In this document: piece after piece, positions 1 to 8,131 of the stretch
Layout: each line of letters starts with the position of its first letter
Position numbering within the stretch: the first letter of the stretch is position 1
Assembly (NCBI GenBank): GCA_965248435.1
Contig: OZ252100.1
Coordinates: 4,576,001 to 4,640,000, forward strand
Length of the DNA: 64,000 nt
Source: Candidatus Latescibacterota bacterium
GTDB taxonomy: Bacteria; Latescibacterota; UBA2968; GCA-2709665
Direction: 5' to 3'
Notes under the pieces: generated by a model
Seen by the model: the letters and a program-made list of their open reading frames with translations, nothing else
Databases searched by the model: none
What the model was told of the DNA's origin: nothing
Made by a program: the position numbers and the translations under genes

Positions 1-2598
1 TTTCCCCTCTCCGGACAATGCATATAGCGCAGCGACAGCGATACATTCCGCATCGACCTCGAAGTGTCTGCGAAGCCCTTCCCGGGTATCGCTTCTCCCG
101 AAACCATCCGTTCCGAGTGCCACCAGTTCCTGTGGCACCCAGGGCCGGATCATGTCCGGAAGGATCTTCATGTAGTCAGACGCGGCTACGACCGGACCGT
201 CTGCCTTTTCGAGCGATGCTGTGATGTAGGGCTTCCTCGGGCGACTGGTCGGATGGAGCATGTTCCATCTCTGGGTCTCCAACGCCTCACGGCGGAGTTC
301 TTTGTAGCTCGTCACGCTCCAGACATCGGCCGTTACGTTGAAGCGGTCACCGAGGATCTCCTGAGCACGCAGGGCCTCCCGCAAGATCGAGCCGCTTCCG
401 AAGAGCTGGACCTTGTGCGACCCTTTTTTCTGCTTGCCGGATTTGAATTTGTAAATGCCTTTCAGAATGCCTTCCGTCACGCCCTCCGGCATCTCCGGCA
501 TGGGGTAAGGCTCGTTCCCCAGGGTCAGGTAGTAGAAGATGTCTTCCTGTTCCTGGTACATTCGCCGGATCCCGTCTTGGACGATCGTCGCGATTTCGTA
601 TGCGAAAGCAGGATCGTAGGTTGCGAGATTGGGGACCGTGCTGGCCAGGACGTGACTGTGACCGTCCTCGTGCTGGAGGCCCTCCCCGTTCAGCGTGGTC
701 CGACCCGCGGTCCCGCCCAGCATAAAGCCCTTGCAGCTCATGTCTGCGGCAGCCCATACGAGATCGCCGATTCTCTGGAACCCGAACATCGAATAGTAGA
801 TGAAAAAGGGAATTGTGTTCACGCCGTGCGTGGCGTATGCAGTTCCTGCCGCGATGAACGAAGACATCGCCCCGGCTTCGGTGATTCCTTCTTCCAGAAT
901 CTGCCCGTCTTTCGCCTCCCTGTAATAGAGAAGGGTGTCTGCGTCCACTGGCTCGTAGACCTGCCCTACAGAGGAGTAGATCCCGCACTGTCGAAACAGG
1001 GGTTCCATCCCGAAGGTTCTGGCCTCATCGGGGATGATTGGGACGACCCACTTTCCGATTTCGGGATCTCGAAGGAGCTGAGAAAACATACGAGCGAAGG
1101 CCATGGTTGTGGAGGCTTCCCGGTCTCCCGTTCCTTTCAAGAATTCCTCGAATAGTTCGATGGGAGGGGCCTTGAGGGGTTTCGCGCGCATTTCACGGCT
1201 CGGCACGTAGCCTCCGAGCTCCTCTCTACGTTTTCTCATGTACTTGATTTCGTCGCTGTCTTCTGGGGGACGGTAGAAGGGCGCATCGGCGACTTCCTCG
1301 TCGGAGATGGGGATGCTGAACCGGGTTCGAAACTCCCTGAGCTCGTCTTCATTCATTTTCTTCTGCTGATGGGTCACGTTTCGGCCCTCACCGGCCTCTC
1401 CCAGGCCGTAGCCCTTGACGGTCTTCGCAAGGATGACGGTAGGGGAGCCTTTATGCTCGACCGCCGACTTGTAAGCTGCGTAGACCTTTTCGGGATCGTG
1501 TCCGCCACGGCGTATCTTCTGGAGCTGTTCATCGGATAGATGCTCGACCATCCTGAGCAGCTCGGGATGGGTGCCGAAAAAATCTTTCCGGATGTAGTCC
1601 CCCGATTCGACCGAATACTTCTGATACTGACCATCTACAACTTCGCCCATGCGCCGCATCAGCAGACCGTCTTCGTCTTTTGCAAGGAGGACGTCCCAGT
1701 CTTCTCCCCAGATCACCTTGATGACATTCCAGCCAGATCCCCGGAAGATGGTCTCCAACTCCTGCATGATTTTACCGTTGCCCCTGACGGGGCCGTCCAG
1801 CCGCTGCATGTTGCAGTTGATGACGAAGATCAGGTTATCCAGCCTCTCTCGGGAGGCCAAGTTAATGGCGCCCAGGGATTCGGGTTCGTCCGTCTCTCCG
1901 TCCCCCATGTAGACCCATACGTGTGATCCCGATGTGTCTTTGAGCCCTCGATCTTCCAGGTAGCGGTTGAACCGCGCCTGGTAGATGCCCATGATCGGTC
2001 CCAGCCCCATGGAGACAGTAGGAAACTCCCAGAAATCGGGCATCAGCCAGGGATGAGGGTAGGAGGATAGGCCACCCTTCAGCTCCTGTCTGAAGCTCTC
2101 AAGCTGCTCTTTGCTGAGCCGACCCTCCAGAAAGGCCCTGGCATAGACCCCCGGGGAGGTGTGACCCTGAAAGTAGACCTGGTCTCCTGAAAAGTCCCCG
2201 CCTTTTCCTCTGAGGAAGTGGTCGAACGCCACCTCCAGGAGGGTTGCCGAAGAGGCATAGCTCGATATGTGCCCGCCAATTCCGTCGATGTGTCGATTCG
2301 CGCGAACTACCATGGCCATGGCGTTCCATCTGTTGATGCTCTTGATACGCCGCTCGGTTTCCCGCTCCCCCGGGTAGGGGATCTGCTGGTCTGCGGGGAT
2401 GGTGTTGATGTAGGGGGTGCTGGCGCTGAACGGGATTTCGACACCGACCTTGTGCGTCCACTCTTCCAGCATTTCGAGCAGAAAACGGACCCGGTCAGGT
2501 CCGTGGTTCTCCAGGGCATAGTCGAGAGAATCGACCCACTCCCGCGTTTCCTCTGGATCGACATCAACTGACGGTTTTCTAAGCACTTTGTCTGCCAT
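1..2598 (-). CDS. aceE: Pyruvate dehydrogenase E1 component, homodimeric type (3' end runs off the window)
   Basis: Absent from the ORF track because it is open at the edge. Manual translation from ATG 2598 (RBS AGAGGAAGG) gives MADKVLRKPSVDVDPEETREWVDSLD...GGHISSYASSA...YFQGHTSPGVYARAFLEGR...SSYPHPWLMPDFWEFPTVSMGLGP, the AceE signature motifs. Confidence 0.96.
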   Translation of the reverse strand, partial: MADKVLRKPSVDVDPEETREWVDSLDYALENHGPDRVRFLLEMLEEWTHKVGVEIPFSASTPYINTIPADQQIPYPGERETERRIKSINRWNAMAMVVRANRHIDGIGGHISSYASSATLLEVAFDHFLRGKGGDFSGDQVYFQGHTSPGVYARAFLEGRLSKEQLESFRQELKGGLSSYPHPWLMPDFWEFPTVSMGLGPIMGIYQARFNRYLEDRGLKDTSGSHVWVYMGDGETDEPESLGAINLASRERLDNLIFVINCNMQRLDGPVRGNGKIMQELETIFRGSGWNVIKVIWGEDWDVLLAKDEDGLLMRRMGEVVDGQYQKYSVESGDYIRKDFFGTHPELLRMVEHLSDEQLQKIRRGGHDPEKVYAAYKSAVEHKGSPTVILAKTVKGYGLGEAGEGRNVTHQQKKMNEDELREFRTRFSIPISDEEVADAPFYRPPEDSDEIKYMRKRREELGGYVPSREMRAKPLKAPPIELFEEFLKGTGDREASTTMAFARMFSQLLRDPEIGKWVVPIIPDEARTFGMEPLFRQCGIYSSVGQVYEPVDADTLLYYREAKDGQILEEGITEAGAMSSFIAAGTAYATHGVNTIPFFIYYSMFGFQRIGDLVWAAADMSCKGFMLGGTAGRTTLNGEGLQHEDGHSHVLASTVPNLATYDPAFAYEIATIVQDGIRRMYQEQEDIFYYLTLGNEPYPMPEMPEGVTEGILKGIYKFKSGKQKKGSHKVQLFGSGSILREALRAQEILGDRFNVTADVWSVTSYKELRREALETQRWNMLHPTSRPRKPYITASLEKADGPVVAASDYMKILPDMIRPWVPQELVALGTDGFGRSDTREGLRRHFEVDAECIAVAALYALSGEGK

Positions 2599-2653
2599 GA
2601 ACCTTCCTCTGTTCCGGTGTCTTCACGCACGTTTCAATGCGGGACGGGAGGTC

Positions 2654-2682
2654 AATTTACGGGGTGGCAGATGAAATGTCAA
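2654..2682 (-). promoter_or_regulatory. sigma70-type promoter for aceE
   Basis: Minus strand reads TTGACA-N17-TAAATT. Confidence 0.65.
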
Positions 2683-2805
2683 CCCGTGCAAACGCCGCGA
2701 AGACGGCCCTTTGAGATGCAAGAGCCTTTAAAAACGGAAGTTTGTTCGGGGAGATTCCGTTAGACTTTCTAATGGTTCAGATTAGTGGCTTTGCCATGGT
2801 TTCAC

Positions 2806-2834
2806 TTGACTATACGGATTTATAAAGTTACATT
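2806..2834 (+). promoter_or_regulatory. sigma70-type promoter for the oxidoreductase operon
   Basis: TTGACT-N17-TACATT upstream of RBS AAGGAG and ATG 2878. Confidence 0.65.
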
Positions 2835-2877
2835 TTGGTCTATTACAAAAATCACGAATTGGAAAGGAGTCGATCTA

Positions 2878-4884
2878 ATGTCGACCGCAGGCAGAGAAAT
2901 TACCGTTGGCATTGCCGGCGCGGCAGGCGACGGGCTGGATAAAACGGGGGATACTCTTGCCCACACGGCTTCCCGTCTGGGGATACACGTCTACGCTTAC
3001 AACAGCTATCAGTCGCTCATCCGCGGGGGCCACACCTGGCTGCGTCTTCGCCTTGGCGAACAGAAGGTGACGAACCACGGGGACCGGATCCAGGCGTTGA
3101 TTTGCCTGAATGAGGATAGCCTGGAGCGGCACGTGCCCGAGGTGGAGCCGGGGGGGATCGTTCTCCACAACAGCGACAGATTGCAGTGTGACCCTTTTCT
3201 GGTGCCCGACGGGGTGCGGGTCCTGTCGTTTCCCTTTAAAGAGCTCACCAAAGATATGGGCAAGCTCCTGCCGGTGATGCAGAATATCGTCGCCCTCGGT
3301 GCGCTCATGAAGGCGATCGACTTTGAATTCGATGTCATGGCCGGTGTGCTTTCCGACACCTTCGCGCATAAGGGGAAGCAGATTATCGAGCAGAACGTGG
3401 GTGTGGCGCGCGCCGGGTACGACTTCGCGAGCGAAAAGATCGAACCGATGGGCATCGAATGGAACTTTTCGCACAACAAGATGCCCGTCTTCACCGGCAA
3501 CACAGCCATGGCCATGGGCGCCACAGCCGCTGGCCTCAAACTCTATGCGGCCTATCCCATGAGCCCGGCCTCCAGTATCCTGCACTGGTTCATGTCGCAC
3601 GGTGAGCGGGTCGGGGTTGCAGTCAAGCAAGCGGAAGACGAAATCGCCGTCGCGAACATCACGATCGGTGCAGGGCACGCCGGCGTGCGTGCGATGTGCG
3701 CCACCTCGGGTGGCGGATTCGCGCTGATGACCGAGGCGATCGGCATGGCCGGCATCATCGAGGCGCCGTCGGTGTTCATCAATGTGCAGCGGGGGGGCCC
3801 CTCCACAGGGCTTCCAACAAAGACGGAGCAGGGCGACCTGAATCAGGCCTTCGGGGCCTCCCAGGGGGACTATCCACGGGTGATCGTAGCCCCCGCCACG
3901 ATTGAGGACTGCTACTACATGACGGCCGAGGCCCTGAACCTGGCCGAGCAGTTCCAGCTCCCCGTCATCGTGCTCTCAGACCTTCTGCTCGGTCAGCACG
4001 TTGAAACGGTGGAGGCCGGCGCGCTGACGCCCGATGTTCCGATCGAACGCGGCGAGCTCCTGGACGAAGCGCTTGCTTCGGAGATGAATGGAAAATTCAA
4101 GCGCTACGCCTTCACGCAGTCCGGGGTTTCTCCGCGGGTGCTGCCCGGAACAGAAGGGTTTGCCTATGTGGCGGCCACCGACGATCACGACGAAAAAGGC
4201 GTATTGATCAGTGATGAACACACCAATGCGGCCGTTCGCAGGAAGATTCAGGAAAAACGGATGCAGAAACTGGAAGGCGTGCTGGCCAAACTGCCGGTTC
4301 CCCAGCTCGAGGGTCCGGCCGACGCCGAACTTACGCTCATCGGGTGGGGGTCTACCTGGGGCCTGCTACACGAGACGGCCGGCCTATTGACGGAAATGGG
4401 AATTCAGACCAACCATTTACACTTCAGGTATCTTTTCCCCTTCCCCAGCAAAGAGGTGCGCGAGATCCTTGAGGGTTGCAAGCGAACGGTTGAGGTGGAA
4501 TGCAACTACACAGGGCAGTTTGCCCGCCACCTGCGTGCCGAGACCGGCTTCTCGGTAGATGACATGGTCCTGAAGTACGACGGAGAACCGCTTGAGATCG
4601 GCTATCTGGTGGACCGATTGAAGGCGATCTTCGAAGGCCAGCCAGAGGACCGACAGGTGTCGGAGCCCGAGGCCCGCGAGATTGCTTACCACTATATTAG
4701 AGTCTACCTGAAAGACAGCAGTCGACCCGTTGCCTGCGAGCAGATTCCGAAAGACGGCTACAGTGAGCCGATGTGGGAGGTCCAGATCGCGGACCGGAAA
4801 GAGGGAGTCCCCAAGGGGAGGCTATTCATCGGGCGTGACACGGGCTCCATTCACGAATGGCAGCCCGATGCAGTAGGGGCGTAA
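2878..4884 (+). CDS. korA: 2-oxoacid:ferredoxin oxidoreductase alpha subunit (fused gamma-alpha) with a C-terminal extension
   Basis: GAAGDG, YQSLIRGGH, AYPMSPAS, EDEIA, ATSGGGFALM and QRGGPSTGLPTKTEQGDL motifs. Start set to ATG 2878 behind AAGGAG. Confidence 0.92.
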   Translation: MSTAGREITVGIAGAAGDGLDKTGDTLAHTASRLGIHVYAYNSYQSLIRGGHTWLRLRLGEQKVTNHGDRIQALICLNEDSLERHVPEVEPGGIVLHNSDRLQCDPFLVPDGVRVLSFPFKELTKDMGKLLPVMQNIVALGALMKAIDFEFDVMAGVLSDTFAHKGKQIIEQNVGVARAGYDFASEKIEPMGIEWNFSHNKMPVFTGNTAMAMGATAAGLKLYAAYPMSPASSILHWFMSHGERVGVAVKQAEDEIAVANITIGAGHAGVRAMCATSGGGFALMTEAIGMAGIIEAPSVFINVQRGGPSTGLPTKTEQGDLNQAFGASQGDYPRVIVAPATIEDCYYMTAEALNLAEQFQLPVIVLSDLLLGQHVETVEAGALTPDVPIERGELLDEALASEMNGKFKRYAFTQSGVSPRVLPGTEGFAYVAATDDHDEKGVLISDEHTNAAVRRKIQEKRMQKLEGVLAKLPVPQLEGPADAELTLIGWGSTWGLLHETAGLLTEMGIQTNHLHFRYLFPFPSKEVREILEGCKRTVEVECNYTGQFARHLRAETGFSVDDMVLKYDGEPLEIGYLVDRLKAIFEGQPEDRQVSEPEAREIAYHYIRVYLKDSSRPVACEQIPKDGYSEPMWEVQIADRKEGVPKGRLFIGRDTGSIHEWQPDAVGA

Positions 4885-4922
4885 GACGCGCAGAGAACCC
4901 GGACCATTAGGGAGACTATTCC

Positions 4923-5816
4923 ATGGCAATTGCAGCGGAGAAAATCGAAGAACTGACGCTCGACATTTATGATGGTCAAGTAGATCCGGATTGGTGTCCT
5001 GGATGCGGTGATTTCGGCGTGCTCAAGTCCCTTAAGATGGCCTTGCTGGAGCTGGGTATTCCGCCCCACGACGTTCTTGTCGTATCCGGGATCGGTTGTT
5101 CATCGAACCTGCCCGGCTTTATTCACTCTTACGGCGTGCACAGCCTCCACGGCCGGTCTCTGCCCGTGGCGACCGGCGCAAAGCTGGCCAACCAGGACCT
5201 GAACGTTGTGGTTACCGGAGGAGACGGGGATGGGTATGGCATCGGCATGTGCCACTTCATCCACGCCATGCGCCGAAACCTGGACTTGACCTATATCGTG
5301 ATGAACAACCAGATCTACGGTCTCACGACAGGCCAGGCGTCACCTACGACGATGAAGGAGGTCCGTACCCTGACCACCCCCAGGGGCAACGCGGAGCTGC
5401 CGATCAACCCCCTTGCGCTGGCCCTCGCATCCGGGGCTACCTATGTTTCACGCGGGTTCTCTGGAGATCCCAATCATATGACGCAGCTTTTTGCGGGCGC
5501 GATTTCACATCGCGGCTTCGCCCTGATTGACGTGTTCAGCCCATGCGTGACCTACAACAAGGTGAATACCTACCCCTATTTCAAGCAGCGGGTTTACAAA
5601 CTGGAGGACGAAGAGGGCTATGATTCATCTAATGTGACGTCGGCGATCGCGCGGTCGCACGAATGGGGCGATCGCATTCCGATTGGCCTCCTCTACAAGG
5701 ATGAACAGCCGATCTACGAAGACAGCGAGCCGGTGTTCACGAAGGGTCCGCTGGTCGATCAGCCATTGGGTATGGGCCAGGAACTGTTCGATGAATTGAT
5801 CGCCGAACTGACGTAG
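4923..5816 (+). CDS. korB: 2-oxoacid:ferredoxin oxidoreductase beta subunit (TPP-binding)
   Basis: WCPGCGDF, SGIGCSS, HGRSLP, GGDGDG, NNQIYGLTTGQASPT and FSPCVTYN motifs. Confidence 0.93.
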   Translation: MAIAAEKIEELTLDIYDGQVDPDWCPGCGDFGVLKSLKMALLELGIPPHDVLVVSGIGCSSNLPGFIHSYGVHSLHGRSLPVATGAKLANQDLNVVVTGGDGDGYGIGMCHFIHAMRRNLDLTYIVMNNQIYGLTTGQASPTTMKEVRTLTTPRGNAELPINPLALALASGATYVSRGFSGDPNHMTQLFAGAISHRGFALIDVFSPCVTYNKVNTYPYFKQRVYKLEDEEGYDSSNVTSAIARSHEWGDRIPIGLLYKDEQPIYEDSEPVFTKGPLVDQPLGMGQELFDELIAELT

Positions 5817-5866
5817 GGGCGTGCCTATGTTTTGATTTGCTTAACTTCGACAAGAGCGCATGATTG

Positions 5867-5901
5867 GAAGCCAACCTGTCTACAAAGGTTGGCTTCTTTT
5901 T
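5867..5901 (+). terminator. Intrinsic terminator after korB
   Basis: GAAGCCAACCT-loop-AGGTTGGCTTC followed by TTTTT. Confidence 0.75.
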
Positions 5902-5982
5902 GTCCTCAACATTAGCGCGGGGGAAGCAGCCGGACGTTGACGGGCCAAGGCAGAGGGGATTCGCTCAATACGGGGGCTGACT

Positions 5983-7032
5983 CTAAAGCTGGGCCAGTAG
6001 CCGGAGTTGCTGGGTATCGGGAAGCGACACGATCCGGTTTTGGAGTGCACCGATGCCGCCTCCAAATTCCATTCGTACCGCGTCCCCTGCCTGAAGCCCG
6101 TCAGGCAGGTCTTCCTGGCCAAAGACGATCGGCGTGCCCCAGTAGAAAAGCTGCAGGGTGTCCGCCGTGAGGGGCAGGCGGCGAAAGAGTGCGCGTTCGA
6201 GGTGAAAAAGACCTTCGGGCATGTTCAAGGAGCGGCGACCTGTAATTCCCTCTTTGAAGGCCGCTCGACGACCGTCCCGGATGACCTCGCACGACATCGG
6301 CACCTCGGCATCGTCGAACTCGGAGGGGGTGATGAAGATGGGACCCAAACTGGCACATCCACCGCTCCAATTCTTTGCCTGTGGCAGATTGAGGGGGTTC
6401 TGGGCCTCGATTCCGTTGTCTGTGTAGTCGTTTCCGCCAGTGTAGCCCAGGCGTTCCACTTGGCCATCCCCATCCAGACCGTAGACGGTGACGAGCTCGG
6501 TTTCGGGCACCAACCTGATGGTCCCGGGGGCCAGGGCGATCTCTCCGCCGTGCCCGACAAGATCATCCGGATTGTTCTTAGAAAAAAGCTCAGGTATGCC
6601 GCCTTCAGCACACTCCCGATACTTCTGCTCGTAGACGTTAACGGGATCTCCAGTGGCCTGTTTGGCCTCGATTTCCCGGAGTTTTGCACTGTCTGAATGT
6701 GTGACACCGGCAAGCCAGATACGAAGCCGGTGGGGCGCATCAACGGGAGGACTGACCGGCCGGTCCAGGTGAGGGCGACTGAGGTCTTCTGTGTTTTCAA
6801 GCAGTTCGGCCAGGTCAAGGCGCCGAGCTGAACGACTGACAAGCGTCTGCACCGCGTTCTCGATGCCCACCCTGTTTCCATCGTTGGCATAATAGATCTC
6901 GTAGAGGGACCTCGGGTGGGGCGGGCAGGAGGTGAGGTCGATGAGCTGATCCGCTTCAACCCAGCCGACACGCCCCAACGGTTCAGGTTCTTCACTCGGG
7001 TCTATGAACTGAAGAAGCTTCATGGTGTGCAT
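5983..7032 (-). CDS. Fumarylacetoacetate hydrolase-family protein (AraD1/XylX-like)
   Basis: LAGVTH, PELFSK, VPETEL, GYTGGND, IEAQNPLNLPQAK and ASLGP motifs of the FAH fold. An alternative start lies at 7023. Confidence 0.75.
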   Translation of the reverse strand: MHTMKLLQFIDPSEEPEPLGRVGWVEADQLIDLTSCPPHPRSLYEIYYANDGNRVGIENAVQTLVSRSARRLDLAELLENTEDLSRPHLDRPVSPPVDAPHRLRIWLAGVTHSDSAKLREIEAKQATGDPVNVYEQKYRECAEGGIPELFSKNNPDDLVGHGGEIALAPGTIRLVPETELVTVYGLDGDGQVERLGYTGGNDYTDNGIEAQNPLNLPQAKNWSGGCASLGPIFITPSEFDDAEVPMSCEVIRDGRRAAFKEGITGRRSLNMPEGLFHLERALFRRLPLTADTLQLFYWGTPIVFGQEDLPDGLQAGDAVRMEFGGGIGALQNRIVSLPDTQQLRLLAQL

Positions 7033-7259
7033 CCACTGGCTGAGTTGAGACGGTAGGCTGCCCAGGGAGACGGTTGCTGGAAGGCATAAGTATATGTATA
7101 GGCGTTTGCGGAGGAAAGTTCAAAACGGGAGGGTCAATCCGTCTGTTTCCGCTTGCAGTCTAACGGCAGTCGCGTATTTTAGATCGGGTGTGTCGAGGCA
7201 AACTCGCCAACTGGAGTCACTGACGTTGTTCGAGTTGGCGTCGGTTTTGGGAGGCAATC

Positions 7260-7608
7260 GTGGCAGATTTGGCCTACAACGGAACGGACCCTGCCGAGGC
7301 CCCGGTTTTTTCCGTGAACACAAGCGGGAAATGCGTGCCTTGCGCCGCGTCGTGGTGGGGGGGAAGGCGCAACCGTGAAGGATATCAACGGCAAGTCGAT
7401 GCACCTGTCTGGCGTTACACTGGGCCGGCCAGAACTGGAGGACCTGCTTCGGATGGCCGGCGCGTCATACGATCCGAAAACACTGAACGAACCGCCGGCG
7501 AGGGCTCAAAAGTCTAAGGAATTCCAAGTGGTCAAGCAGGACCGTGGGGCCAGGATCGTGTCATGTGATGCGCCGTTGACGCACTACGAAATGGGTAAAA
7601 GATGCTGA
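7260..7608 (+). pseudogene. Hypothetical protein split by two homopolymer frameshifts (real, or a sequencing artefact)
   Basis: GGAGG RBS then GTG 7260. Adding one base to the T6 run near 7306-7311 and one to the G run near 7357-7363 joins three frames into one ORF ending at 7608. Confidence 0.45.
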
Positions 7609-8123
7609 TGCAGAACGAAATCGTCGGATCGTTCCGACGACTGTTCGCCTTGATCATCGATGGCGTGATGCTTTCTCTGGCATCTATCCCGATTTGGCTT
7701 ACAATTCGAGAGATGACGCCATCGCCGATGTTGGATTCGGTGATCCTCTACTTCACTGCACTTCTTTATTCCACCATCTTCTTGAGTAAACGGGGACAAA
7801 CGCCCGGAAAGATTATGACTACGCTGCGCATCATGAGCGCTGACGGTGGTGTCGTCACCCAACGACAGGCCTTCCTGAGATCTCTTGTAAAGTGGACCCC
7901 TATCTTCGGGATCCTGTTCCTTCTCGCGGCCCTAACACCTGCCACTCCGGTCCCGGACCCATCACCCATCGGACCAGACGGCCCCCCGTCTTCTTCGGCG
8001 GGGGTCGTCTTCCTTCTCGGCCTGGCCCTGGCCGTTGTCTTGGTGATAATCACCCGAATACATCCGGACCGTCAGGCACTCCACGACCGGATCGCAGATA
8101 CGCTCGTGATCCGACTTTCATGA
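7602..8123 (+). CDS. RDD-family membrane protein
   Basis: RRLFALIID, GQTPGK and RQALHDRIADT motifs with TM segments. Confidence 0.88.
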   Translation: MLMQNEIVGSFRRLFALIIDGVMLSLASIPIWLTIREMTPSPMLDSVILYFTALLYSTIFLSKRGQTPGKIMTTLRIMSADGGVVTQRQAFLRSLVKWTPIFGILFLLAALTPATPVPDPSPIGPDGPPSSSAGVVFLLGLALAVVLVIITRIHPDRQALHDRIADTLVIRLS

Positions 8124-8131
8124 CCAGGTCG

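Noticed and set aside
64-2571. Plus-strand ORFs (363, 128, 117 aa and others)
   Set aside because: Antisense shadows of aceE, which the track missed because it runs off the window.
2835-2860. TTGGTCTATTACAA as a PdhR/GntR or Rex operator
   Set aside because: Symmetry and spacing match neither consensus well enough.
7195-7245. GGCAAAC-containing hairpin resembling a c-di-GMP-I riboswitch
   Set aside because: No GNRA-capped first stem or second stem with the expected motif.
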